Below are positions 25,901 through 37,556 of a DNA stretch of 64,000 bases, piece by piece. The stretch comes from Perkinsus olseni. Taxonomy: Eukaryota. The first letter of the stretch is position 1; each line of letters opens with the position of its first letter. A program made the position numbers and the translations under genes. The notes under the pieces were generated by a model. The model worked only from the letters and a program-made list of their open reading frames with translations. It made no database searches and had not been told where the DNA came from. The stretch is from positions 1 through 64,000 of the forward strand of contig JABANN010000063.1 of assembly GCA_013115125.1 (NCBI GenBank), written 5' to 3'.

Positions 25901-27244
25901 AAGGGATGCACTCGACCCACTGGACTATAGTACTACTTCCACCACGCCTTCATCGTTGGCCTGGATATCTTTTTTTCTGTCTCAGGTGCGCATCAAGCCC
26001 CCGCCGGCTATGCAATATGACATCCATTGGAGGGTCGAGCTTCGTACACCCGATGTCCAAATGACTGATTACGAGAATGCCGCTATCGTTACTGTGGCTA
26101 CGTTGTTGGCCAGAGCGATCGTTAGACGGGCGGAGGGGCCCGATGGCAGTGCTGGTGGACAGGTAATAAATTACTCGGCTATCTGCGCATAGCTGCTATA
26201 GTATGTTCGGTGGAATCTCTTGCTCATTATGGGGTCTTGTGAGTGTAAGCTGTGAAGTGCTAGGTCAAGCAGTAAGTGTCTAACTCCAGCGCACTTCTGC
26301 TGCAATTCTATAGTATCATATGTGCCATACTGGTTGAAAAATGTTGAGCTTTTGAGGGAGTATTTTTCCTTTATTTTCATTATCAATGGTTCTCTTATGT
26401 GGGGATACTTGCCATTTGTCTGATGTCTAACTTCCCTCAGGTGTCTGGTTTGATCCCTATCTCCAAGCTGCGGGAGAACATGCTGCGATCACAGCAGCGT
26501 GACGCACTCCGATGTGGCAAGTTTTGGTGGAATCATGAGGGCAGTATCATTGAGACATCAATGGTTGATATATGGTGAGTTGGTGCATCTGGCTTTTCTC
26601 TCTTGGCGAGAGAAGCTTCCCAGCTTGTGGATTCTTTGGCTGTCTTACACGCATACTCGAACACCAGCGATATTCGTCAGTGAGTTGGTTAACGAGTTGT
26701 ATCGTTACTAGCATATTATATCAATTATTCTTCTCGAAGGGGTCTCTTGGCATTTGCCCGTCCAACTGTGTTTATGAATAGTCGTTTGAGTTGCTTTGTA
26801 CTCGCTTACTGTTTCCGGCGGTTCTCACTGGAGAGTCGAGCCAGTTAAGAGGCTCGGAATGTATCAGATTGGTGTGTTCATAGGTGTTCCCCTGGAGGGT
26901 TGCTAGACGTGTGCCGAAGTGAACTTCAGAAGGGAATGGGTGATGCGGCGGAGACTTCTCTAGACGCTGAGCTCATCAACTTTATCGAGGCACGTACAAG
27001 AGGCAAGGTGAGTGTTATCGGTCGCGTCTTGTGTGCTTTTTGCGAAACACTTGTGTTTGGCGGTCAGGTGGTCACCGGTGCCCAGTGGCTGCGTGAACGA
27101 CTGATGAGATCTCCGAATTATCATCGAGACTCTGTCATAACGCCTGCTGCTGCGCGAGAGATCATGGACCTCGTCATTCAGTTGGGCGAGGCCGAATCAT
27201 ACAGCGACCTTAAAAAGATCGCTCCCGAGATGTTCGACTTTTAG
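22958..27244 (+). CDS. GCLC: Glutamate-cysteine ligase catalytic subunit (gamma-glutamylcysteine synthetase), multi-exon
   Basis: MGFL start, LHWGDE, WKPE, YMIEG, PHVRFQTLT, VYLDATVFGFGQCCLQCTF, LAPLFLALSAAAPF, VDDRT, HFEGMHSTHW, WRVELRTPDVQMTDYENAA, TGAQWLR. Confidence 0.95.
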
Positions 27245-27890
27245 ACTACTGCTGCTTTCTTCTTCTTCTTCTTCTTCTTTCCTACTGTTACACGATGTGC
27301 CCAGCGGCATGTTAACTAGTATGTCAAATACCATTAATAATAACAACAAACAAGAGCGACAATTCTGCGGCTCTTTCGTCGCTGAGAAGGGGCCGAACGA
27401 AGCTAGAGGTGTCAGTAAAATACGGTCACCGTCGTAGCTGTTGTGACGAAGTTCCGGAAGATGGTGTAGCGAACCATAAACAGCTGTCAACGTTAGTCTA
27501 TGCCGCAAGGAGAGTGATGCTGTGTGGTGTTACTAAATAGAGGGGTTTGATTTTGTGGCGCGCGGTCATAGCCTTCAGCCTGGTTAGTGGCGGTGACTAA
27601 ATATTTTTATTTGCGGAATTGGTGTTCGCGGTGGTGCGCCAGAAATGAGCGTTTCATCGTACGAATCCTTTACGGAGAAATACGCTTTTCTATGATTTGC
27701 TTCCTCTGCATGATTGAGTGGCCGTGTTCTAATGAAGGAAGACGGTCACAACGCTAGGAGCGGGGTGAGTCTTCAGGTCGGGCGCAGGTTGGTAATAAGT
27801 TGAGGTTGGGGAGGGACAGTCCCTTCAGCGCTATCGCGTGTTGGCTAGTCGTCTTCGTTCGAGTTTTTCGTTGTTTCCCCAACCCGGTTC

Positions 27891-28874
27891 ATGAGAGTGA
27901 ACCTCCTCACGTTGATAGCTCTGGCCACTTGTTACGCTGCCGAGGGAGGAGAGGTGAACTGTACGGAGCTGGGCTTTGACCCGGCTGTTTTGAAGTGTGA
28001 TACGTGCGTGCGGCTGAGTAAGAGGGAAAGAGGGGTGCGTTCGGTATGCTTGGGATGGTCTCTGCTAATTTATTCCGAGAGGGTTGAGTCGAACTGGTGT
28101 CCTTCCGGGTGCTAGTAGCTGGTCGTAACCGATTGAACTGTGCAGACTTGCTGCAAACAAGGCCGCTTACAGTACTCTGTCTTTAGGAAGGAGCCTAGAG
28201 CCTCGGAAAGAGGCTGAGGGTATCGAGAAGGAATGCCGCCAGTGCTGTAATTTGGTGGACGCCTCTGGTCGGAATGCTATTTATAAGAAAGCGGTGAGAA
28301 TTAATCACCTTTAGCAGCGGAGCGGAGCACGTTTTTTTAAGCGTAGGAATTGGTGACCTCCCGGATGGCTCTCGAGGCGCGGCAAGATCTGAGCGACTTC
28401 GTCAATCGGAAGGTGCCCGAGTTGAAGAAACGTGGATATGACATTACTGTTTCGGTGAGTTCATTTTCTGACACCTCTAGCTCCACCTGTCAGTGATTTC
28501 GGGAGAGACTCTTTTTGCATGAGTTTTCCTTGCGTGTCAGACCCGTCGTCTTGTACAAACGGTTTTGGCGCTGACGAAGGTGGATGATGCTGGAAAAGAG
28601 GAGGAAGAGGCTGAGACAGATTATCTAGAGTGGGTGACATCGTTCCGAGTTTCCTCCTAATTCAGATGGGATGATGCACTTCCTCGCGTAATCTGGTGTC
28701 CATCCTTCGCAAGTTCGTCGCTTGCTAATGGCTGATTTTGATTGGTAATTTTGGGTCATCACCTTCCCCAGGGTTTTCGACTGGAAGACCGACGAGTTGG
28801 TTGAATACATCGCTCTGCATCTCGAGCGGAAGGACGCAAGCGACGAAGTAGAGGAGACAGAAGAGGAGCTTTGA
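27891..28874 (+). CDS. SELENOF: Selenoprotein F/Sep15-like ER protein lacking the CxU/CxC motif; 5 exons
   Basis: Signal peptide, CTELGF...LKCDTC, ECRQCC, YKKAELV and WKTDELVEYI match Sep15 architecture. Splices in frame at GT-AG sites and ends EEEL*. Confidence 0.75.
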
Positions 28875-29002
28875 GCTGGGTTTTCACAGCATAGTTTGTT
28901 ACACTGGTTCATGTTGCGTTAATGGTCAGTGGGTGGATTTGTGGTTGGTTGAGCCGAGAAAGCCTGACAGCTATCAGTTGCTTCTTCCGCGGTCTGGACC
29001 TG

Positions 29003-31299
29003 ATGTTCTATGAGTAGGAAGGGCTTACCACTGGAAGGGGAGAGAAGTGGTTCTTGTTAGGATCGCCTTTAAAGAGAAATCAACGCTAGCGATTTTCCGA
29101 CATCCCCTGACGATAAGTCTGGCGTTCACTGTTTTATCGTGTATAATCGCTGGCGTGCATGTTGTCAAACACTGGAGGGCGGGGAAGGTGTTCGGCGACA
29201 AGTATTACAGAGGTCTGGTTTGCAGGTAGGAGTTAGGGCTCATGATTGTTGCTGATGAATCTCGTCGTTGGCAGGATTCTGGTAGTGGTACCGGTGTCGA
29301 GCGTATGTTCGATGGTAACGGTGCTTCTGCCTAGTGCTCGATATATGTGTGAGACGGTGAGAAGGAAGCGGGGGAAATGTGGGTTGGATGGGAGGAAATG
29401 GTTGCCATGTGGGAGACTAGGACTTGTGACCTGGACCGGGATGACATGTCGGATTGTTGTGCTAAAATCCAACAGAGTTTGGATGTTGGGTGAATCTGGA
29501 CGTGCCGGGGTTTGAACCCGGAGCCTTCTGCATGCAAAGCAGGCGTGATACCACTACACCACACGCCCTGTGTAGTTAGGTCACGCTATTGTCGCTAGGG
29601 CTCTATGCCATTGTCTTCTGTTATGAAGATGACGCTGCTTTTGGCCTTCCAACGCGTACCCGCTAGTTGAGATGCGACGTTGCTCCCTCTCACGCAGGAA
29701 TCTCCTTTTAACCTCCACCCTCCTCCCACTTATTCAGGTTCGACACATCTATGTATCTTTCGCGCTCTACAGCTTCCTCAATCTCATGATATCATGTCTC
29801 GGTGGGGACCGCCGATGCGTACGTACGGGCGAACACATTAGACCGCTGCGCGAACCATGGAACTCCCAACCTCGAGTATTCTTGAAGCCGAGCTTCGCTG
29901 TGTTCGGGCTGTGTTCATCTACAACTCCTGCTGCCCACGAGACAGGCTAAGCCTGTTCATCTGTGCCCCTGCCAAGGGCCTGCCTCCATCACCAGGTTCA
30001 GCACATGGAAGCAGTACCTGTGCGAAGAGACTACCCCCTGCCACTCAATTGGTGCTTGCCGCCTCCTCAGCTCGACATGAAGTTCCTCACTGCTGTGAGA
30101 GTCTCAGTGCTGCAGTTTGTAGGGCCCGGTGAGCTCACCACGATACCGCCTACCATGCCGTGGTCGTAGGTTTTTCTGAAGCCTCTCTGTGCTGTCGCTG
30201 CTCTCCTGTGTTCCCTACACGGATTGTACAAGGAGGGAGACCTCGGTCTGTGGGCCCCCTTCACGTGGATCTTCCTCGTGGTTCATACCTCCCTCAGCGT
30301 TGCTATGTAGCCCGCTTCCCGCTTCCCTCTCCCCCCGCGTCGTAGCACCCACTCAGGTACGGTCTGGCGACCTTCTACTGGATCCTGCAGGATCTACTGG
30401 AGCCATACCGTCCCCTATCGAAATTCGCCCTAATCAAGCTCATTGTCTTCCTGCCATGGTAGCTGGGATGCTGCATGATCTGATTGCTGCAGCCAAATTC
30501 GCAAGTCGATCACCTCCGGCTAATGTTCAGGTTCCAGTATACACTAGTTGTCGCCGCGTGGTTCATGTTCGGTCGGTCCTTCAGCGACGACACCTACACC
30601 ACCGCCTTAGTCTATGAGGGCCTCCTAGAGTGCGTCGAACTGGTATCCACGACTGCCCTTGACTTTCCCGTATTCATCGTCATTCAGTGCCTCCTTGCAT
30701 GCTTCTTTGTGACGGCCTACCCTGTTGGAGGTAGCTGGATCATCGGGGTCAATAAAGAGTGTCATGATGATGAGATCGAGCCACTTGCCGAGGTATGTCT
30801 ACGTCACTCCCTCTCGCAAGTGCAATGCAGAATCTCTCCGGCCGATAAGTGTCTCGAACCGCGCTCGGACGGCGCTTGAGCGGGTCCAAAGGGCAAGACT
30901 GTCCGGTTCCAACGCGGGCCAGTTGCTTTCAGCAGCCGATGGTGGAACCACCGAATTTGCAGTTTCAATACGACACACCGCCGTGGTCAGCGCAAGTCAG
31001 ATGTGAATATCTTCCAGTTGTTTCAGGATGGTGAAAGGGAGGTATCAGAGAGGTTGAGGAGCCTCCTACTGCCTGAGGACGTATGCTCGGATCTACTCGA
31101 GCCAGTAGGGCACTGTGTTCTCCCCCAGATACTCCATGAGGCCCTCGACGTTGTCACCGGTGGTGGTGCTGGCAGTGCTTCCCGATCGACGAGCAGCAGC
31201 CTTGGTAGAGGCCATCGTGGCGAAAGCAACAGCGTCGCTGTGAGGAGGAGCGTTCAGCATGAGTATGATCAGAGAGCTTCCAATGAAGTCGAGCTGTGA
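29003..31299 (+). CDS. TMEM184: TMEM184/OST-alpha family membrane protein, multi-exon
   Basis: RILVVVPVSS, ETVRHIYVSFALYSFLNLMISCLGG, VLQFVFLKP, GLYKEGD, SLSVAMYGLATFY and LLEPYRPLSKFALIKLIVFLPWFQ are typical of the Solute_trans_a family. Confidence 0.88.
29497..29568 (-). tRNA. trnA-UGC: tRNA-Ala(TGC), antisense within a TMEM184 intron
   Basis: GGGCGTGTGGTGTAGTGGTATCACGCCTGCTTTGCATGCAGAAGGCTCCGGGTTCAAACCCCGGCACGTCCA forms a cloverleaf with G3:U70 and anticodon TGC. One C-A mismatch in the anticodon stem. Confidence 0.9.
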
Positions 31300-31513
31300 C
31301 CGGCCTCGAACTGTTGTGTTGAGAATCCCGGCCTTCCGCCCAGGGGATGACCCGGAGCCGAGCTGTCGTCCAACTGCCGGAGATTGGTGAGATTAGTTCC
31401 CGTAGAGAATGTCGATTGGTTGGACAGTAACAGGATGCTCGGGCGAGTGTATGACTTGTGCCTGCGTAGCCTCCAATCATCATAGTACCACTGTCTTTTG
31501 ATCCCTACCCTCA

Positions 31514-34500
31514 ATGCTTCATACCCTCATTTTGAGGTGCTCATTCATCGCTTATTGGATGGGTGCTTCATGCCTGGCTGATATCGTACCAAACTACAAC
31601 CCAACCGTGAGCAAGAACAGCAGCAGCCCTCGTGCTCGTGCGGCTACTCTGTCGTTTTCAGCCCCCGACCTTCCCCCGGTCCTTTGCCGCATCTTTCGTA
31701 ATGAAACTGCCGTACATCGACCTTAGCATCCAGATGACAGTACGCCCCTATCCCTCCCTCCCCTCCTTGTATTCTGACTTCACTCAGGTCCGCCAGCTGA
31801 TGAAGTCTGGCATACAGCACGTCGGCTACTATGACGGCCTCGAGCAGCACTTCGTCAACCTGGCGACCGACGAGCTGTCAGTGGGCCCTAGCTCCCCAGC
31901 TCTGATCAGCACTTATTATTAGTTACCACTTCGTCTACAACGGCACTAGGCGTACATGCCTGGACGCCACAGAGCGAGGAGAGTCTCCATCCATGATCAA
32001 CATCTTCCCCGTCATGGAGGGCTTCGAGTTCGTCGGCCTTCGCAATGTAGATCACCATTCGCGTCCTTCGGCCTTGTTTCGTACTGGTCGCTCAGTGATC
32101 GCTTCGCTCCGCCTTTTTTCAGGTTCGTGGCCTACAATGTGAACACTGGAAGAAGAACGTTGGCCGTCCGGGGGAGTACGAGGACTTCTTCTACGACCCC
32201 ATGCTGAAGCGGCCAGTATGATAACCCTGCTCCTTGCCACCAACGACGTTTGGTCAGGTGAAATGGTCAATGCATGCCCGCAACGAGATCATCAGTGCCC
32301 ACTTGGACGACTACGTTGTCAACTACCTCAGCGTACACGACTTAGTTGACAACGGCCGTGAAAAGTAACCTCGAAAATTTCGGCTGCTGCGAGCAGTCCC
32401 TTGATGTAGGTTCGCCCCTCCTTCGGAGTGTGACGATCAACGGGCCAGACACAGGAAGGTGAGGGCCACTGAGGCAACCGTGGTTCATTCTCTCTTTGCA
32501 GGCCTATGCAGTTCCAGAGCCTGGACCGCGGCCACGAGATTTGGATTACGGGGACGTATTCAACTACTTCGGACGCAACACTCGGTCGTCCTTGGGGACA
32601 CTGAATGACTTTAATACGTTCAAGGCCCTTCATCGTCGATCTTATTCTGATAAGGGTAGGGTGCGGTGCTACCGTCACCCACCGCAAAATTACTCATGGA
32701 TGGTCGTCAGACTCTGCGTACGAAACTCGGTTTAAGGCGAACCAGGCCTACATCGACAGGGTCAACAAAGCGAATAACGGAGTCAGACTTGAGCTCAACA
32801 GCTTTGCTGATGGCCTCAACCAGCCGCCGAAAGGTGACACTTATAACCTGCCAGTGCCGCCTTGTGCTGCTCTATCAGTTTAATGCGGTAGCTACTTAGC
32901 CTGCTAAATTACTAATGCCTTCCTCGTCTCCCTTTTACTGTTTTACAAGCTTGCTTGGTTATAGCCAATCCATCAGCGCTATCATCAGTCATCGCTGTCT
33001 CAGGCCACAGAGCACGCAACGGGCCGAGGCCTCATAGCCATGCGTCGAAATGGAACCTGTTGCCTGCTGACGTCCCTCTGCCTGACAGGTATGTGAGCCT
33101 TTCGACTCTGAGACAAAGGTTGTTTTCTGCGCTGGATAATGCGCACTTCCGGGCCAAGAATTATTTTTGAGAAATAATGAGATCAGCCGAAATCGCCTTT
33201 TGCCCCCAACTCACTTTTTGTCGACTGGTACAAGTCGCAAGAAACTAGTGGTGAAACGATCGAGTTCAACGCCGGTGATATTTACCAGCTCATTCAGCAC
33301 TGTCCGTTTAGGTGGGATTGGAGGGACCATGGTGCGAGCCCACCAGTGAAGGTGAGCATAATGCCGAGTGTGGGCGTCGAACCCGGGTCTTTTCCAGGAC
33401 CAGGGCACCTGTGGAAGCTGCTGGGCTTTCGCAACCATAGGGGCCATTGAATCGAGGCAGAAGATCGTTAACGGGGCTAGGGAGAAGCTAGCAGAGCAGT
33501 TTTTGCTCGACTGTGAGGTCCCGGCAACTCACCCAGGCCCAGTTCGCTCCTCTCCAGGCACCTGGAACGAGATTAACGGCGCATGCTTGGGCGGCAACGC
33601 TGACCTCACCGGTACGACACTTCTGAACACTTTCCAGGGCTTTGTCCCACTGGATTCGGAATACGGCAAGTACCTGTCAGCCGCGTCTTACTGCAAGTAG
33701 GCCCACAACCCGCAGCCCGCTGAGCAGCGGGGTGACCACCGCCATACATTATAACGTTATCTGCCGTGCATGCAACGGTTTGCCTACCCTTTCAGTGATG
33801 CATTTCTACCCCACCGTTTGCTGTTAGCATACGACTAGTCATAAGCTTACTCGTTCGGCAAGACTGTGTCATAATGCTCTATCACTGGCTGTGATTCACG
33901 GGACCCACTTCGCCTGGTTGGAGTGAACGATGGATTTCCCGCAGGCACATCCGCTCCATGGCCGGAATACAGATTGATGGTTGGGTGCAGCTACCTACCG
34001 GAGCTGACGAGGATATCATCAAGAGGGCTCTCGTTAACAACGGTCTGCTCGCTATCTCGTTCTTGGTCACTGACCAGGTAGGGTGAGTCCCTGCTACCCT
34101 TGTCCAGCAGTCCTGCATCTCAGACGACCTTCTACCGCAGTGGCGTCATCAACGATCCGACTTGCAAGGACGTGCAGAATACTGACCACGCGGTGAGCTC
34201 TCTCTCCGCATCTTTCTCGTGGAGAGATCGTGTTATGCGAAACTATTCCGTTCACTAGCTTCGGTTTAGGTCAACTTGGTCGGCTACGGCACAGACCCGT
34301 CCTCTGGACTGGACTACTGGTTACTGCGTAACAGTTGGAGCACCAACTGGGGTGATGAAGGATATTTCAAGGTGGGACGGTCTCGTCGGGTTGAAGTCAT
34401 CGATGTGTTTCAGATTGTTCGCGGCGAGAGAGATTGCGGCATATCTTTGGATGTGTCTTATCCAGTCATTCGCCGTGATGCTGAGAACTCAACCTCATTC

Positions 34501-34590
34501 TACCAGTCACCTCACGCTGCCCATATGATTTACCACGGACCTGAAATCAGTAGGTTTGATAGCAGCGCACCGAGTTGGGCGCTTCGGTAA
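31514..34590 (+). CDS. Papain-family (C1A) cysteine protease with long N-terminal extension, multi-exon
   Basis: Signal peptide, prodomain [13 protein letters not shown]...[20 protein letters not shown] (catalytic Cys), [18 protein letters not shown] (His), [19 protein letters not shown] (Asn), DCGI. Confidence 0.93.
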
Positions 34591-35152
34591 TCTCTAAGTG
34601 TAGCCCTAGCGTATGGAGGAACGATGATATGCTAGGGTTACGATAAACTACTATCGTGTTGAATAGTGTTTGAGCGACATTGTGTACTTGGCCGCGCATT
34701 GAGGTATCAGAGGGTATCCGTCCTATCAATGCAGGTTCTGCTACCACCCTTAAAGACGGCGAAGCAAGTAAAGATGCTGTTGTGCTCATGTGAGCCTTCA
34801 AGGGGAGTCCCTTTAGGGGACTGTGTTATTGTCTATGGTGAACAGTTAGATATGACTTGTTATCTTTCGCTTGCAGTACTTCCAATTGTACATGCAAGCG
34901 CATTGCAGCGGGCGTTATGCATGTCGTCTGTGCCGGACGATTTAGATATGGTGGAGTATAAATGCTGCTTTTTATCCATATGAAATTGTCATTCAATTCT
35001 GCTACCGTTCATATCAGAGCGGATTTCTGGTTTAAGAGCGTCTCGTTTTGCCACGACGGAGTTGTCGCGTTATCTTCGAGCGTGCGGGATGAGACTGCTG
35101 GCTATGAGGTGACCGAGGACTCATCCGTACTGAGCAGCTTACTTCGTAGCAA

Positions 35153-35224
35153 GGGCGTGTGGTGTAGTGGTATCACGTCTGCTTTGCATGCAGAAGGCCC
35201 CGGGTTCAAACCCCGGCACGTCCA
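35153..35224 (+). tRNA. trnA-UGC: tRNA-Ala(TGC)
   Basis: 72-nt cloverleaf GGGCGTG...CACGTCCA, anticodon stem TCTGC/GCAGA, loop TTTGCAT, G3:U70. Confidence 0.95.
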
Positions 35225-35844
35225 TTACAAGGTAGTCAGTCCGGTATTTCGATTGGAGAATCAGCCGTGATGATTCGTTAGGGGGACCCAACCATGGCTG
35301 TGAAGTTTGGGTGGCAGCCGTAGAATCCGAACCTCTGGTGTCGGCGGGAGCGATCAAAAACGGAAGTAAATTACCTATACATACGTATTACTGGAACTAC
35401 TGGAACCATGATTCATGGTCCATGAACTACTGGTTGCAGCGTACTAAACACATAACCACTACGACTCCCGAGAATACATCTCTTAGGACGTAAGCTCATG
35501 TTATTCTCAGCTTTGTCGGCCGAACCGGCGAAAAGCCTTTTCACTATAATTATATTGACTCCCTCGCACAACAACTAGGAGAACACGACACATGAGGAAT
35601 ATCCCCTTGATAACACTTCTAACGGAGAATAGTGCTTTTTGCTTAGCTGAAGTACTTCTAGTATTGAACAGTACCACAGCACTCGATCATGTATATGCTC
35701 AAATGCGATACAAAAAAAAAGAGTCCACACAGTGGCCGATGGACTCTTTCTCGACTTAACGTTAGAAGTACTGCATGTACCATCGCAGAATCAGATGTGA
35801 TCCGCAAAATTTGGGATGTACATGAGCGGGAAGAGACCACCACA

Positions 35845-36867
35845 CTAAAGGTGGTCGTCGCTCTTGACTCGGGCATCATCCAAGTTCTTCATTGCTTCTT
35901 CCCAGGCGCGAGGCTCGACCTTATCAGAGAGTATCTTGGTAGCTTGTTCCCAAACATAACCCCAGGCCTTGGGATCGCGGGCTCGGTATCCAACCTTAGT
36001 CCTTAGGTGTTTAGCATCCGGTCCCAGAGCCCACTTGAACTTTTTGTAGGGGTAGAGCATAAATCTAGGAACCACCAGATCAGTCATGATGGCAACGAAG
36101 GAACCACATCGCTGAACCACGGGGTAAGGCGACAGGTACTTATCAGCTAGGGGGTCGTTGCAAGCGACGATGGTAGTCTGAGCTCCCTCACGGGCAGTCA
36201 GGAAGGCAGTGGCGGACAGGCACCTTAAGAACCTCGACCTCTCTCGCCAGATGTCGCTATCAACACCACCGGGATTGGCAGCAACGGTCCTCAGGCCAGT
36301 CAAACGAGCGAGCTCGAATGCGAAGACCGTCATTGAGTATTTGCTGCCGTAGTAAACCTGTTCTTTAGTGTAACCCTCCGGCTTGCCCATATGCTCACCG
36401 AGGCTGTAGGGGTCTACCAACCTGTGAGACACCGATGATAACATGATAACTGCCGAGTTCTCGGGGACTCGAATGACCGGCAGTAGCAGTAAAGTCAACA
36501 GGAAGTGAGACAAGAAGTTACTTTGCCAAGTCTCATCCAATCCGTTGACAGTCGGGGTCTTCGTACGAATATACACACCAGCGTTGAGGACCAACCTGTC
36601 CAACCGGTCATAACGCTGCTTGAAGTCATTGGCGAACTTCACAACGGAGTCGAAGTTGGCAAGGTCACACTCCATGACTTCAGCCTCATCACCGAGTACT
36701 CGACGACCCTTCTCGACGTTACGGACGGCGGCAACAACATGCCAACCATCTTGCATCAGGGCCTTGGCAGCTTCCATACCAACACCAGCAGAGGCACCAG
36801 TGATGAGAATGGTACCGCGCGGGAAGGCCTTCTCAGAGTCGACAGTAGGGGATGCGTCGTTAGGCAT
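35845..36867 (-). CDS. Short-chain dehydrogenase/reductase, tandem copy A
   Basis: TGASAGVG, CDLANFDSV, LVLNAG, LSSVSH, YYGSK, NPGGVDS. ATG at 36867, intronless. Confidence 0.92.
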   Translation of the reverse strand: MPNDASPTVDSEKAFPRGTILITGASAGVGMEAAKALMQDGWHVVAAVRNVEKGRRVLGDEAEVMECDLANFDSVVKFANDFKQRYDRLDRLVLNAGVYIRTKTPTVNGLDETWQSNFLSHFLLTLLLLPVIRVPENSAVIMLSSVSHRLVDPYSLGEHMGKPEGYTKEQVYYGSKYSMTVFAFELARLTGLRTVAANPGGVDSDIWRERSRFLRCLSATAFLTAREGAQTTIVACNDPLADKYLSPYPVVQRCGSFVAIMTDLVVPRFMLYPYKKFKWALGPDAKHLRTKVGYRARDPKAWGYVWEQATKILSDKVEPRAWEEAMKNLDDARVKSDDHL

Positions 36868-37556
36868 TGCAAAGGGATTACAAGGAGCCGAATGAACTAA
36901 AATTAGGGAGTACGGTGCATTGCTCTTACATGCCCCGAAAACGAGTCCTAGTAGAAAACGTTCGACATCAGGGAAGGTGAACCACTCGTCGAGTACCTCA
37001 AGCAGCACTAACTAATTTCTCGCTCGCCAGTAACTGCCAAGCATTGTGTTTCGAGCAAGAGCATATGTCCTAATAATCAGTACGGCATTTGTCGGAAAAC
37101 CCTAGTGGCAGCCTAGATTCCTGGCATGCCGAATGCAGCTTCTACGAGTAAGGTTCTCAGTGGCGCGAAACGAATCGGGGAGCGATGCTCGACTCCAGAC
37201 GAGAGATTAGGGGGAAAACCACTGCGGAGACAACTTCTCTCCTGCCCGGGAACAAATCCGTATCCAAGGCTGACCCTGGCATGATTAGAACAGAATGCTC
37301 AGCTGCGTTTTGAATAGCACTTCTGAATGGGAACAGTGCTGATTCGAGCGCTGCAAGTACCGCTCCTCCTGAGCAGTACCGCACGGGTTGGAATAGACGG
37401 TAAAGGATACAGATAGATGAGATCCAACTTGGCCACTAGAGAGCCTATTTACTACACAATGCTTCCCCCTCTGATGAGATAAAGTCAGATAAAATGGAGA
37501 CAACAGACGATACCGCTGGAAATTTCAACGTATTTGAGAATGGCTGGCGGTGCAGC

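Noticed and set aside
28354..28356. TGA near the SelF redox-motif position as a possible Sec codon
   Set aside because: Out of frame with the spliced Sep15-like reading; its own frame gives unrelated sequence and soon stops.
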